In this document: one piece after another, positions 46,578-56,178 of the stretch
Numbering within the stretch: the stretch's first letter is position 1
Layout of the letters: each line of letters opens with the position of its first letter
Origin: a virus
Lineage: Duplodnaviria > Caudoviricetes
DNA: 57,699 bases
IMG/VR virus record: IMGVR_UViG_3300047547_000110
Location: 1-57,699 of that record
Reading direction: 5' to 3' (one strand)
Notes under the pieces: generated by a model
Told to the model about the DNA's origin: nothing
What the model saw: only the letters and a program-made list of their open reading frames with translations
Databases searched by the model: none
Translations under genes and position numbers: made by a program

Positions 46578-46764
46578 TGCCATGTGTGCAAATACTGGAG
46601 ACGTGGCAAAAGCCATCTCAGACCTGCAGACCTTGATGGATGCCCACCTCGGTGAGGCGTTGCGCAAGGCTCTGTGGGAAGCCGGCCCGGCGGTGAAGTC
46701 CGGGTCCACAAGATTCACGACGAGCTGGTGTTCGATGTGAAACAAGCAACCATTAGGAGAACTC

Positions 46765-46998
46765 ATGAGCAAGCAAGAGGGTAGCAGTTGGCGGGGAAGT
46801 ACCGACTCCGCTGTGGAGGCCGGGTCGGCTACTTTCCGAGTCGGCGGTCACGTTGTTGAAGTGGAGCTCAAGAGCTTCACTGAATTCCGTGCCATAGAGG
46901 GCCTCCTGGAAGCCTCCAGGCGTCTCGGGCGTGGCGAAGCTAAGGCAACTATTGAAAACGCGGTCAAGCGCGCTATGGAGGACGTATGGGTGTTCTAA
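46765..46998 (+). CDS. Hypothetical protein
   Basis: AGGAG RBS. Confidence 0.65.
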   Translation: MSKQEGSSWRGSTDSAVEAGSATFRVGGHVVEVELKSFTEFRAIEGLLEASRRLGRGEAKATIENAVKRAMEDVWVF

Positions 46999-47309
46999 AG
47001 ACTATCCTGTGGATCATCCTGACGGGTGGTCTACGCTCGAAGCTGCTGACCCTCCCCGAGCATCAGCCTTTCCGCGTCGTGCGGGCTGGCGGTCGCCTGC
47101 TTGTCGAGCCGATCCCTACGCAGATGGACCCGGACAATCCGGTCCACTTCGAGCGCGGGGCCCGTATCGTCGTGCAACCCCATGCCGGCTTCCACAAAGG
47201 AGCCAAAGGCGAGGTCCAGTACCACGCCCCTGACGGCCGTGTCTGGGTTCGTCGTGATGGCGCTTCGTCCGACGTGTGGTACCTGCCACACGAGCTGCGG
47301 CCGGAGTGA
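46986..47309 (+). CDS. Hypothetical protein (SH3-like C-terminus)
   Basis: GGAGG RBS. Confidence 0.6.
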   Translation: MGVLKTILWIILTGGLRSKLLTLPEHQPFRVVRAGGRLLVEPIPTQMDPDNPVHFERGARIVVQPHAGFHKGAKGEVQYHAPDGRVWVRRDGASSDVWYLPHELRPE

Positions 47310-47314
47310 GGAGG

Positions 47315-47584
47315 ATGCAGAGAATCTACCTCATCGTTGGCGGCCCGCTGGATGGGCAAGCTTTCAGGCCGGAAGGAGGCCGATTCCCAGGCGAGTGGGT
47401 TCGCCTGGGCCCTCATACGCTGAGAGACGAATACGTCTACCGCATCGTGCGAACTCGCCGGCCTGCAGAACCGATCATGCTGCCAATCTGGGCCTTGGTC
47501 CATGACTCCGTTCCACGAAACGAGGTCACTTGGCAGATATTCATGAGCACTATGCGGGCGTGGGCCGCGGAGATACTCAGATGA
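47315..47584 (+). CDS. Hypothetical protein
   Basis: GAGG RBS; VGGPLDG motif. Confidence 0.6.
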   Translation: MQRIYLIVGGPLDGQAFRPEGGRFPGEWVRLGPHTLRDEYVYRIVRTRRPAEPIMLPIWALVHDSVPRNEVTWQIFMSTMRAWAAEILR

Positions 47585-47976
47585 CCCATTGCAAAGAACA
47601 CGGGGTCACTCTGCCCTGCCCTCTGTGCGCGCAGGACTTATGGCCCCTTCGCGACCTCAGAGCCGTGGCCGACTTCGCTGGCAATCCGCTCAATGGCCCT
47701 AATGGCCTTGTACCTGGCAGGAAGTACGTCCGTCTGTCCGACGTCGTGCGATCGATCGGCCGACGCTGGACTGAGCTGGAGAAGGTCAAGCTGACCGTGC
47801 TGGCTCCCTTGTACACGACCAAGAACGCCCTAGTGCGAGAAGCTCGCATTGGAGCGATAGATATTGGCAGGCTTGAGAAGGCAGCCCGCCAGGTTGCTAA
47901 GGGGTTCGAGACCGACTCCGATCCAATCGTGGAGCACTACATGCGTGCCATCATTGACGAGGAGTCGTCATGGTGA
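47581..47976 (+). CDS. Hypothetical protein
   Basis: GGAG RBS; C..H....PC..C N-terminus. Confidence 0.6.
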   Translation: MTHCKEHGVTLPCPLCAQDLWPLRDLRAVADFAGNPLNGPNGLVPGRKYVRLSDVVRSIGRRWTELEKVKLTVLAPLYTTKNALVREARIGAIDIGRLEKAARQVAKGFETDSDPIVEHYMRAIIDEESSW

Positions 47977-48045
47977 CTCAACGGCATATCTCAAAAAGCA
48001 TTATGGCCATAATACTTTTTGAGTATACGAATTGGAGAATCGCCA

Positions 48046-48621
48046 ATGCCAAAGAATGTATTGGATTTAGTGGCGCCGCTATTTGAAAGCGGAGTAGACG
48101 ACCTGGCAGAGTTGGCAGAGCAACTAACCGTGCAGCTGGGCTATACTCCGCGTCAAGCCACGCTGGCTAGCTATCGCTCACTATTCCGGCGGTTTGGGTC
48201 ATCATGGCGCGAAGAGCTGCGTAAGTCAAACACCCAATGGGGTCGAGATAACCGTCAAGCGCATAGCGAAGCTTCACGTAAATGGGCGGAAGCTTATCCA
48301 GCCAGGGCCCTACTTGGTCAAGCTCGGCAACGAGCCAAGCAGCGTGGTTTGCCGTGCGAATTGACTGAGGAATATGTGGAAAGCTTGCTACAGCCTGGTC
48401 GCTGTTCAGTGACTGGCATACTTCTCACGATGACGCGTGAAAATGATTGTGACTCGCTGAAAAATCCGTGGGCGCCGTCATTAGATCGTCTGGACCGCAA
48501 ACTTGGGTATGTTGAAGGCAATGTCCGGGTAACTTGCTGGCTTTTCAATCACATGCGATGCGACTACATGGATGAACATGTCCTGCAAGTCGCTCGCGCC
48601 ATAGTAGAGGCTAACAAATGA
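48046..48621 (+). CDS. HNH-type (homing) endonuclease
   Basis: RAK.RGL...LT, C..TG, PSLDR.D..LGY..GNV...C...N; AT-richer than flanks. Confidence 0.8.
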   Translation: MPKNVLDLVAPLFESGVDDLAELAEQLTVQLGYTPRQATLASYRSLFRRFGSSWREELRKSNTQWGRDNRQAHSEASRKWAEAYPARALLGQARQRAKQRGLPCELTEEYVESLLQPGRCSVTGILLTMTRENDCDSLKNPWAPSLDRLDRKLGYVEGNVRVTCWLFNHMRCDYMDEHVLQVARAIVEANK

Positions 48622-50813
48622 GTGATGCAGTTATAGCAGAGCAGTATGCCGCTCGCGCCAGCAGGGACATAACGTACGAAAACCCGCTGAAAGCTACAAT
48701 AGACTTCGAGACTCGGTCTGCGTGTTCTATTAAGGACTGCGGATCGTGGCGTTATTCACTTGACCCTACGACGCAGGTCATGTGCTTGGCTTTTCGACTT
48801 CCACATTGGGAGAAGGATCGCACAGCTTTGTGGCATCCAGCTTTCCCGCATCTAGGAGTAAAAGAGGCAGACTGCCCTGAACTGGAAGAGCTCTTTGCAT
48901 GGATCGCTGAGGGCAAACTGGTTGAAGCGCATAACTGCTGGTTTGAGCGCGGTATCTGGACCAACATTTGCGTGCCAAAGCTTGGCTGGCCCGAAGTCGG
49001 CCACCGGCAATGGAGATGCTCTGCAGCCAAAGCAGCGGCTCACTCATTGCCGCGTTCCTTGGATGGCTGCACTCTAGCCCTGGACCTCCGCACAAAGAAA
49101 GACGTCGAGGGCGCCAAGGTCATGAAGAAGATGGCCAAGCCTCGCAAGCCCCGTGTGGCAGAGGTGAAGTCCTTCGTGGCGCAGCAAGACGGTGTGCCAG
49201 CAATCAAGCAATGCGTCGTCACGACTGTGGCGACCGATACGGGCTGGAAGGCCAGCGTGTCATGGGATGGCGGGGAGCGTGACTTCTCCCTGCCTTTTTA
49301 TTGGCACGAGTCTGTGGAGATGATCGAACGCCTCTGTGCCTACTGCCGCAAGGACGTACTCGCCGAGGAAGCCGTCTCTCATCGCCTGCGTGACCTGTCC
49401 GCCAAAGAGACCGAGATGTACCTGATGGATCAAGCCATCAATCAACGCGGGTTCCAGCTCGATCGTGAAGGCATCGAGGCTGCGTTGGAGGTCGTCAATG
49501 GCATCTTCTTGGACCTGAACAAGGAGCTGGTAGAGCTGACAGGCGGCAGGGTCGAGAAAGCGACGCAGCGGGCTCGCATGATTCAGTGGTTCAATGAGAT
49601 GGGCCTTCCGCTGGAAGATACTCAGGGCTCGACTCTGGACGGTTGGCTTAAGCGCGAAGACCTTGAAGCAGACGTACGGCGCGGTCTGGAGCTCGTCAGA
49701 GCTCTCGGTAGATCGAGCACTGCCAAGTTCGTTGCTGCCGAGAATTGGGCCTCACCGGGCGCCTGGCGGGTGCATGGCGGACTCCTCTATCACGGCGCAG
49801 GCACAGGCCGGTGGTCAGGCTCAGGGGTCCAGCCGCACAACTTCCCTCGTGGCTCCATCAAGGACATGGACTTCGCGTGGGAGGTCATCAAGACCAAAGA
49901 CGTCGCCTTCATGGAGATGATGTACGGGGACGTCATGACGCTCCTGTCGCACGCTCTGCGTGGGATGATTGTTCCGACGCCTGGGCGGAAGCTGATGGTG
50001 GCGGACTACGCAGCCATTGAGGCTCGTGTGGTGCTCTGGCTCGCCGGAGACGAGGATGCCCTCAACATCTTCCGCCGCAACGAGTGTATCTACATGGCGA
50101 TGGCTACCGAGATTTACGGTAGGCCAATCACTGACAAGGTGAAGCAGGCTGACGAGCGTCAGATGGGCAAGCAAGCCGTCCTGGGGCTGGGCTATCAGAT
50201 GGGGGCCAAGAAGTTCCAGGCGACTCTTGCAGAGAAGTGGGGCATATTCATCGAGCTGGATTTTGCCCAGCAGATTGTCGATACCTACCGCGAGAAGTTC
50301 TGGCGCATCAAGAAGATGTGGTGGGACCAAGAAGCTGCCGCTATTGCTGCGGTCCGGCACCCGGGTCGTACGTTCCGCTGTGGCAAGGTGTTTTGGCGGA
50401 GCTTCGACGGCTTCCTTCATTGCAAGCTGCCGAGCGGTCGCCTGCTTGGGTACAGCGAGCCACGCATCTTCAAGAAGAAGACGCCGTGGGGTGAAGAGCG
50501 TGACTGCCTCACCTATATGGGCGTAGACCCGTACACCAAGAAGTGGCGTCGTCAGGACACCTATGGTGGTATGCTTGTCGAGAACATCACTCAGGCGGTC
50601 GCTCGCGACTTGATGGCTGATGCGATGCTGCGGTGCCATGAGGAAGGTATGTATGACGTCATCCTGTCTGTTCACGATGAACTGATCGCCGAGTGTGATG
50701 AAGGCGTGGGCAGTGTGAAGGACTTCGAGACCGTGATGGCGCACGTACCGGATTGGGCTGCAGGTTGCCCGGTGTCGGCTGAAGGCTGGACTGGCTACCG
50801 CTACAAGAAATAA
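48618..50813 (+). CDS. polA: DNA polymerase, family A, with 3'-5' exonuclease
   Basis: Exo DFET / AHN..FE / YC..D; motif A DYAAIEAR, B R..GK...LG.GY, C VHDE. Confidence 0.93.
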   Translation: MSDAVIAEQYAARASRDITYENPLKATIDFETRSACSIKDCGSWRYSLDPTTQVMCLAFRLPHWEKDRTALWHPAFPHLGVKEADCPELEELFAWIAEGKLVEAHNCWFERGIWTNICVPKLGWPEVGHRQWRCSAAKAAAHSLPRSLDGCTLALDLRTKKDVEGAKVMKKMAKPRKPRVAEVKSFVAQQDGVPAIKQCVVTTVATDTGWKASVSWDGGERDFSLPFYWHESVEMIERLCAYCRKDVLAEEAVSHRLRDLSAKETEMYLMDQAINQRGFQLDREGIEAALEVVNGIFLDLNKELVELTGGRVEKATQRARMIQWFNEMGLPLEDTQGSTLDGWLKREDLEADVRRGLELVRALGRSSTAKFVAAENWASPGAWRVHGGLLYHGAGTGRWSGSGVQPHNFPRGSIKDMDFAWEVIKTKDVAFMEMMYGDVMTLLSHALRGMIVPTPGRKLMVADYAAIEARVVLWLAGDEDALNIFRRNECIYMAMATEIYGRPITDKVKQADERQMGKQAVLGLGYQMGAKKFQATLAEKWGIFIELDFAQQIVDTYREKFWRIKKMWWDQEAAAIAAVRHPGRTFRCGKVFWRSFDGFLHCKLPSGRLLGYSEPRIFKKKTPWGEERDCLTYMGVDPYTKKWRRQDTYGGMLVENITQAVARDLMADAMLRCHEEGMYDVILSVHDELIAECDEGVGSVKDFETVMAHVPDWAAGCPVSAEGWTGYRYKK

Positions 50814-50823
50814 GGAGAGCCTA

Positions 50824-51027
50824 ATGGCTGGACAACAAACGGCCGGGCAGACTTGTCCCCACCATGGGGCGGTTTGGTCGGCAGGCAACAAGTACAAGTG
50901 CGGGTGCGCGATCGATAAGTGGACGCTGGCTCGTCTGAGGAAGGCGGCGGAGTCGGCGGAGTCGGCCACGGTTGCGCCGCGTCCTGAGTACACAGTGGAA
51001 GGGGAAGACGATGGGTACCATGACTGA
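50824..51027 (+). CDS. Small Cys-rich protein
   Basis: TAAGGAG RBS; CP.HG...Y.CGC. Confidence 0.6.
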   Translation: MAGQQTAGQTCPHHGAVWSAGNKYKCGCAIDKWTLARLRKAAESAESATVAPRPEYTVEGEDDGYHD

Positions 51028-52504
51028 AGCCCCCTTCCGCCTGCCAAACTTCAAGCATCAGCAGGACGAGTGGGATCGCCATCGAGACGATGACGCCCGC
51101 GCTCTGCTGTGGCAAATGCGTACCGGCAAGACCAAGGCCACTCTGGACCTCGCTTGCTACCGCAAGCAGAAGGGTGACATTGACGCCGTGCTGGTCATCG
51201 CTCCGAACGGGGTCCATGTCAACTGGATTCGCCGGCAGCTGCCCCAACATATCTGGACTGGCGTCCAGTACGTTGCCCATGCGTGGCAAGCGAGTGAGGC
51301 CCACAAGCCGGAGCATGCTGCGTCCCTTGAGCGGGTCCTATCGTCTCGCAGCGACACGCTGGCCGTGCTCGCCGTCAATTCTGAATCCATCATTCACGAC
51401 AAGCCGGCCAAGATCATCGGCCGGTTCCTGCGCAAGCATAAGGGCCGCGTGCTTTTGGTGGTGGATGAGTCGCACGACTTCCGGTCACCTGGCTCCAAGC
51501 GCACAAAGCGGGCTCGCTCACTCAAGCGGTACTGCAAGGTCCGCCGTATCCTCACGGGCACCGCTGTGTCCAATAGCCCTCTCGCGGCATATAGCCAATT
51601 TGAGCTGCTCGAGGATCATGCTTTGGGGTACACCAACTTCGCGGACTTCGAGAGCCACTATGCCTACTATGTCCAGGAGCGCACCAAAGGCGGGCGGTCC
51701 TATGACCGGCTAGATCACTACCGCAACCTTGATGACCTGCAGGAGAAGATGTCCAAGTGGGCCTCTGTGGTCCTTCGGGAAGACGTCGACGACATGCCCG
51801 ACCTGGTTATGGACGAGCGCACCGTGACGCTGCCGGAAGCGCAGATGAAGGCTTACCGCACGTTGCTCAAGGAGATGATACTCGAGCTTGAGGACGGTGG
51901 CGAAGTCGAGGCTATTGACGGAGGTGCTCGCCTTGTCAAGCTGCAGCAAATGCTTGGCGGCTTTGTCGTTGACATTGATGGCAATGTGCGGGAGCTGCTG
52001 TCTGACGAGGAGAATCCTCGGGTGCAGGCGATGCTGGACGAGGTCAAGAGCTCTGACCGCAAGGTCATTGTGTGGTGCAAATACCGGGAGGATATTCGCC
52101 GGGTTGTTCGCTCACTGAATGCCGAGGGCATCAAGTGCGTGGAGTACCACGGGGCAGTCCATTCTCAGTCCAAGCGCCAGCAAGCCATCGATGACTTCAA
52201 CAACGACCCCGAGGTCCGCGTGTTCGTTGGTCAGCCAAAAGCTGGCGGTCAGGGTCTGGACCTTTCGGCGGCAGACCTGATCCTGTGGTACTCTCACACG
52301 TTCGACTTGATCGAGCGGGATCAGGCAAACGAGCGGGCCACCCAGATTGGCGGCAAGACTGTGACCATCAAGGACTTTGTGACACCTGGGACCGTAGACG
52401 AATACATCCTCGCCAACTTGAACGAGAAGCGGTCTGTCTCGGAGTCATTGGCGGGTCGTGGATTGCGCGATCGTCTGCTGGCTCTATTCCGCAAGCAGTT
52501 GTGA
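51011..52504 (+). CDS. SNF2-family helicase
   Basis: MRTGKT, DESH, LTGT, GG.GLDL, QA.ERA..IG. Confidence 0.9.
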   Translation: MGTMTEAPFRLPNFKHQQDEWDRHRDDDARALLWQMRTGKTKATLDLACYRKQKGDIDAVLVIAPNGVHVNWIRRQLPQHIWTGVQYVAHAWQASEAHKPEHAASLERVLSSRSDTLAVLAVNSESIIHDKPAKIIGRFLRKHKGRVLLVVDESHDFRSPGSKRTKRARSLKRYCKVRRILTGTAVSNSPLAAYSQFELLEDHALGYTNFADFESHYAYYVQERTKGGRSYDRLDHYRNLDDLQEKMSKWASVVLREDVDDMPDLVMDERTVTLPEAQMKAYRTLLKEMILELEDGGEVEAIDGGARLVKLQQMLGGFVVDIDGNVRELLSDEENPRVQAMLDEVKSSDRKVIVWCKYREDIRRVVRSLNAEGIKCVEYHGAVHSQSKRQQAIDDFNNDPEVRVFVGQPKAGGQGLDLSAADLILWYSHTFDLIERDQANERATQIGGKTVTIKDFVTPGTVDEYILANLNEKRSVSESLAGRGLRDRLLALFRKQL

Positions 52505-52645
52505 TGCGCCCGAGCTGACGAGCAAACAACGGCTCCACGATCTTGCTCCCGGCGGTACACTACACCCACTGACGCACACCGGGCAAGCCGCCCGATCGGG
52601 TGGCGGCAGACCCCGAAAACTTTTGACTCTACGAAGGAGAGCATC

Positions 52646-53122
52646 ATGACCGAAGACGTGAAGAATGAAGCTGCTGAAACCAAGGAACCCAAAGCTCCTG
52701 GCGTGGGCGATGTGGCCAAGGGCCTGATCCGCGATGGCAAGACCAACGAGGAAGTCCTGGCAGCCATCAAGGAGCAGTTCCCGGATGCCAAGACCTCCAT
52801 GGCCAGCATCAACTGGTACCGCAACAAGCTGCGTGGCGACGGCGAGAACGTGCCGACTGCCCGCGAGCTGAAGGCGGACGCCAAGGCCGAGACCAAGGCT
52901 GCGAAGGAAGCCGAAAAGGCTGAGAAGAAGGCAGCCAAGGACGCCGAGAAGGCGGAAGCCAAGGCGAAGAAGGACGCCGAGAAGGCCGAGAAGAAGGCTG
53001 CTGCTGACAAGGCCAAGGCCGATGCCAAGGCTGCGAAGGAAGCTGCCAAGGCTGCCAAGGCCGAAGGCGGTGAAGCCGCTGGCGGCGAGGGCGATGGCAA
53101 GGGCCAGGACTTCCTGGAGTAA
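52646..53122 (+). CDS. Histone-like protein: HTH-like domain plus Lys/Ala/Glu-rich tail
   Basis: AAGGAG RBS; GKTNEEVLAAIKEQFPDAKTS...WYRNKLR; KAEKKAAK repeats. Confidence 0.8.
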   Translation: MTEDVKNEAAETKEPKAPGVGDVAKGLIRDGKTNEEVLAAIKEQFPDAKTSMASINWYRNKLRGDGENVPTARELKADAKAETKAAKEAEKAEKKAAKDAEKAEAKAKKDAEKAEKKAAADKAKADAKAAKEAAKAAKAEGGEAAGGEGDGKGQDFLE

Positions 53123-53169
53123 TCCAAGGGAAGTGATGGTTCGCGGGGCTTAGCCCCAAGCCTAAGATA

Positions 53170-53203
53170 AGGGGACGTGCTGCAGAGTACGTCCCCTTTC
53201 TTC
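53170..53203 (+). terminator. Terminator-like hairpin
   Basis: AGGGGACGT...ACGTCCCCT TTCTTC. Confidence 0.65.
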
Positions 53204-53220
53204 ATTCAGGAGCCTATGCC

Positions 53221-54222
53221 ATGATTCGACTTGCTCGCCTCTACTTTGTGCGTGGAGACATGCCCAGCCATACCCGTACTCGATTCGAGATTAAAGACCC
53301 ACCCTGCTCAGGCTATGGCCACGTAGCCATCATCCCGGGTGAGAAACGATCGACCCTGCTAAGCCCCTTCTCGCTGCAAGCTTGGCAGGTCAGCAATTCA
53401 TGCGATGAGATGCGTAGCGCTGAGTATGTGGAATGCTCACCCGAAAAGCTTGCCGGGTTCATCTATAAGGCTTGGGATGAGTGCATAAAGCTAGGGTTCC
53501 AGCGAGACTTTGGCGTCGCCGCAATGGTGCTGACCGAGCTCGGCCAGCCGGTGCCCAAGTATATACCGCCTCCGGTGGATGAATCCAAGAAGGACGAGTC
53601 CAAGCGAGGAGGCAAGCCCATCAATGAAGAGGCGCTGCGGCCGTGCAAGCCGACCAGCAAGCGCGGTGAAGTGGCTGCGTTCTTCATGCAGGACGATCCT
53701 CAGTCCCTACACGAGGCCATGGCTCGTCTCAGTCTCACCCGGTCGGGTGTGCTGTCTCACCTGTTCACTCTCAACAAGGACCACGGCGTCGGCTATGAGC
53801 TGGTCAGCGACTGTGCCCGCCTTTTGGTGCCTGAAGGTTTTGACTTGTTCGCTTGGGTAGAACCCGAGCGGGCTCCCAAAGCCGAGAAGCCTGTGCGCAC
53901 CAACGAGGACGGCACGGTCTACGAGCCCAAGAAAAGGACAAGCGGCAAGGCCGTCATTCCCGAGGCGCTCAAGCCGATCCCTGAGCCAGGCAAGCGCGCG
54001 GTGGTGGCTCGGTTCTTCGTTGATGGCTTCCACGACGTCGCCGAGGTCTGCACCAAGCTTGACTTGGACCGTTCGGCTGTGTTGTCTCACCTATTCACGA
54101 TCAACAAGGAGAATGGCCTAGGCTACGAACTGAGCGAGGATGGCAAGTGCGCTCGCTTGATCGTGCCTGAGGGGCATGTCGTCTTTGGCCCCAAGATTCC
54201 GCGAGCTAAGAAGGGTGAATGA
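53221..54222 (+). CDS. Protein with two tandem winged-HTH-like repeats
   Basis: Internal duplication RS.VLSHLFT.NK..G.GYEL...CARL.VPEG. Confidence 0.8.
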   Translation: MIRLARLYFVRGDMPSHTRTRFEIKDPPCSGYGHVAIIPGEKRSTLLSPFSLQAWQVSNSCDEMRSAEYVECSPEKLAGFIYKAWDECIKLGFQRDFGVAAMVLTELGQPVPKYIPPPVDESKKDESKRGGKPINEEALRPCKPTSKRGEVAAFFMQDDPQSLHEAMARLSLTRSGVLSHLFTLNKDHGVGYELVSDCARLLVPEGFDLFAWVEPERAPKAEKPVRTNEDGTVYEPKKRTSGKAVIPEALKPIPEPGKRAVVARFFVDGFHDVAEVCTKLDLDRSAVLSHLFTINKENGLGYELSEDGKCARLIVPEGHVVFGPKIPRAKKGE

Positions 54223-54443
54223 TGGCCAAGCTCTCGGAGGCGGACGTCGCGTGCAAAGTGCTCGAGTCCGCCGGCATCCCGTATGTCGTGGACCGACGCG
54301 GAAAGCACAATAAAGTCAGGTGGGAGGTGGACGGTCGCAAGTTCGCCTACTCCTGCGCCAAGAGCCCCGGTGACTGGCGAGCAAGTGAGAATTGCAGGTG
54401 CGCTGTGAGGCGCATCTTGCGGGCGGCCGGGGTCGACATCTGA
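54219..54443 (+). CDS. Small HicA-like protein
   Basis: GKH.K...SPGD.R pattern. Confidence 0.5.
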   Translation: MMAKLSEADVACKVLESAGIPYVVDRRGKHNKVRWEVDGRKFAYSCAKSPGDWRASENCRCAVRRILRAAGVDI

Positions 54444-54529
54444 CCCCACCGTTGAACCAAGCAAAATGGTTGCCTCGTGGCCGAGCTTGCGTCACGATAT
54501 ACCTTTCCTAACCAACCGGAGCAACTAAA

Positions 54530-55318
54530 ATGACTGAAGACCTGAACCAACAACCCCGCGAAGCTTTTGCGGCTGCCATCGCTGCGCGCATGCTTGTCAA
54601 AGTGGCAGACTTCAACCGTGAGGTTGTCGCCCTGCCGATTCCTGAGACTCCACAAGTCATCGGTCCTGAGCGTCAGAACTGGGCCAATGCCGCCCTGCAA
54701 GAAGAGCTCACCGAATTCAACGAAGCGATCGATGCAGGCGATGTGCTGGAAGCAGCCGATGCCCTTATCGACCTCGTGTACTTCGCCCTCGGTCGTCTCG
54801 TTGAGATGGGCGTGCCGGCGATTGCTGTGATGGATGAAGTCCAGCGCGCCAACATGGACAAGGAGCAAGGCGAGCTGTCCAAGCGTCCCGGCTCCATGGG
54901 CCACGATGCTATCAAGCCTGCGGGCTGGCAAGCGCCGGACCATGCGTGGCTGCTCGGCTTCAGCCTGTCGGATGTTCGCGAGCTGGCCAAGCTCCGCGCT
55001 GAAGCGGCTGAGCGTGAAGCGATGAGCCCCGTGTGGCTCGAGCTGCAGGCACTGCGTGAAGCCAAGGGCAAGGACTACAACGACGTGCCGGGTGGACGCG
55101 ATGCCTACTTCCCCTATGGGCACTTCTCCTATGCCCACATGCTGCAGACCAAGAACCTGCGCATCCAATCTCTGCTGGCTGCCTTGCAGAAGGGCCGCGA
55201 GGTGAACTTCGAGGGCTTGTACGATACCGTCAAGGACCTTGTCAACTACGGCACCTATTACGCCGAAGCCATGCGCGACGGCCGTCTGTCTCAGACATCC
55301 ATCGGGGGTGAAGCATGA
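54530..55318 (+). CDS. MazG/dUTPase-like pyrophosphohydrolase fused to a DUF1599/Nmad1-like helical domain
   Basis: EEL.EF..A, DALIDLVYF..G, V..ANM.K, KP.GW..P; C-terminal K..DY...K..R...DT..DL.NY. Confidence 0.75.
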   Translation: MTEDLNQQPREAFAAAIAARMLVKVADFNREVVALPIPETPQVIGPERQNWANAALQEELTEFNEAIDAGDVLEAADALIDLVYFALGRLVEMGVPAIAVMDEVQRANMDKEQGELSKRPGSMGHDAIKPAGWQAPDHAWLLGFSLSDVRELAKLRAEAAEREAMSPVWLELQALREAKGKDYNDVPGGRDAYFPYGHFSYAHMLQTKNLRIQSLLAALQKGREVNFEGLYDTVKDLVNYGTYYAEAMRDGRLSQTSIGGEA

Positions 55319-56178
55319 TCCCATTCTTCGACGCCTATGGAGCTATCGTCGCCTGGGTATATGGTGGCGATGTGGAGCTCAACGAACGGACCGGAGTGCG
55401 GGTCAAGGTAGGTCGTGGCGGTACGGCATTCCGTGTGGACCTCAGGGATGGCTTGCTGCCTACGATTGGCTTCCGCAAGACCTTTCCGAAGTCGGCGGCT
55501 GCCGAAGTCGCCTGGTATCTGCTCGGGACTCAGGATGCTGCCTTCATCCGCAAGTACGCTCCGCTGTGGGACAAGTTCGTCGAGCCCATCGAGCAGAAGA
55601 CGGACGAATGGCCATACATCCGCAAGACTGAAGGTGTCAAGGCCGCCTACGGATACCGCTGGCGCAACCACTTCGGCCGGGACCAGATTCGTCTTGCCGT
55701 CGAAGCCCTGAAGAAGGACCCGAGCGATCGCCGGTGCTTCATCTCGGCATGGGACCCTGCCACTGACGGGCTTGGTGAGGTCGGCCAGCGCAACGTTCCG
55801 TGCCCGGCAGTCTTCACCTTCAGCGTGCTTGGCGGGGAGTTGCACTCTTCCATCGTCTTGCGCAGCTCTGACATCTTCGTCGGGCTGCCTTACGATGTGA
55901 TGGGCCACGCGTTGCTCATGGATGCTATGGCTCACGAGCTGCGTCTCCGCCCGGGTGTCATGCACGTCACACTGGCCCATGCACATCTCTACGAGTCCCA
56001 TTGGGAACTCACCGCTGAGATGCTGAAGCAGGAGCCTGTTGTACCTGAGCTCCAGCTTCCGGGCTGGACCCTGTCTCAGATTGAGCGGGCCCCTGACGAC
56101 TACGTGGTCCGCTACGCTGAGGAGGCGAAGCAGCTGGCGTGGCCTACCTTCAACCCGCGGCCTGAAGTGGTGGAATGA
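55315..56178 (+). CDS. Thymidylate-synthase-fold protein, probable dCMP methyltransferase
   Basis: RTG, E..W, YG.RWR, RR..SAW, catalytic PC, RS.D...GLPYD, H.Y. Confidence 0.85.
   Translation: MIPFFDAYGAIVAWVYGGDVELNERTGVRVKVGRGGTAFRVDLRDGLLPTIGFRKTFPKSAAAEVAWYLLGTQDAAFIRKYAPLWDKFVEPIEQKTDEWPYIRKTEGVKAAYGYRWRNHFGRDQIRLAVEALKKDPSDRRCFISAWDPATDGLGEVGQRNVPCPAVFTFSVLGGELHSSIVLRSSDIFVGLPYDVMGHALLMDAMAHELRLRPGVMHVTLAHAHLYESHWELTAEMLKQEPVVPELQLPGWTLSQIERAPDDYVVRYAEEAKQLAWPTFNPRPEVVE

Noticed and set aside
54219-54443. HicAB toxin-antitoxin pair
   Set aside because: Only a weak HicA-like pattern and no recognisable HicB partner
55315-56178. YuA/M6-type hypermodified thymidine (dUMP hydroxymethylase) pathway
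   Set aside because: The specificity residue is Asp, and I recognised no DNA kinase, aGPT-Pplase or glycosyltransferase genes
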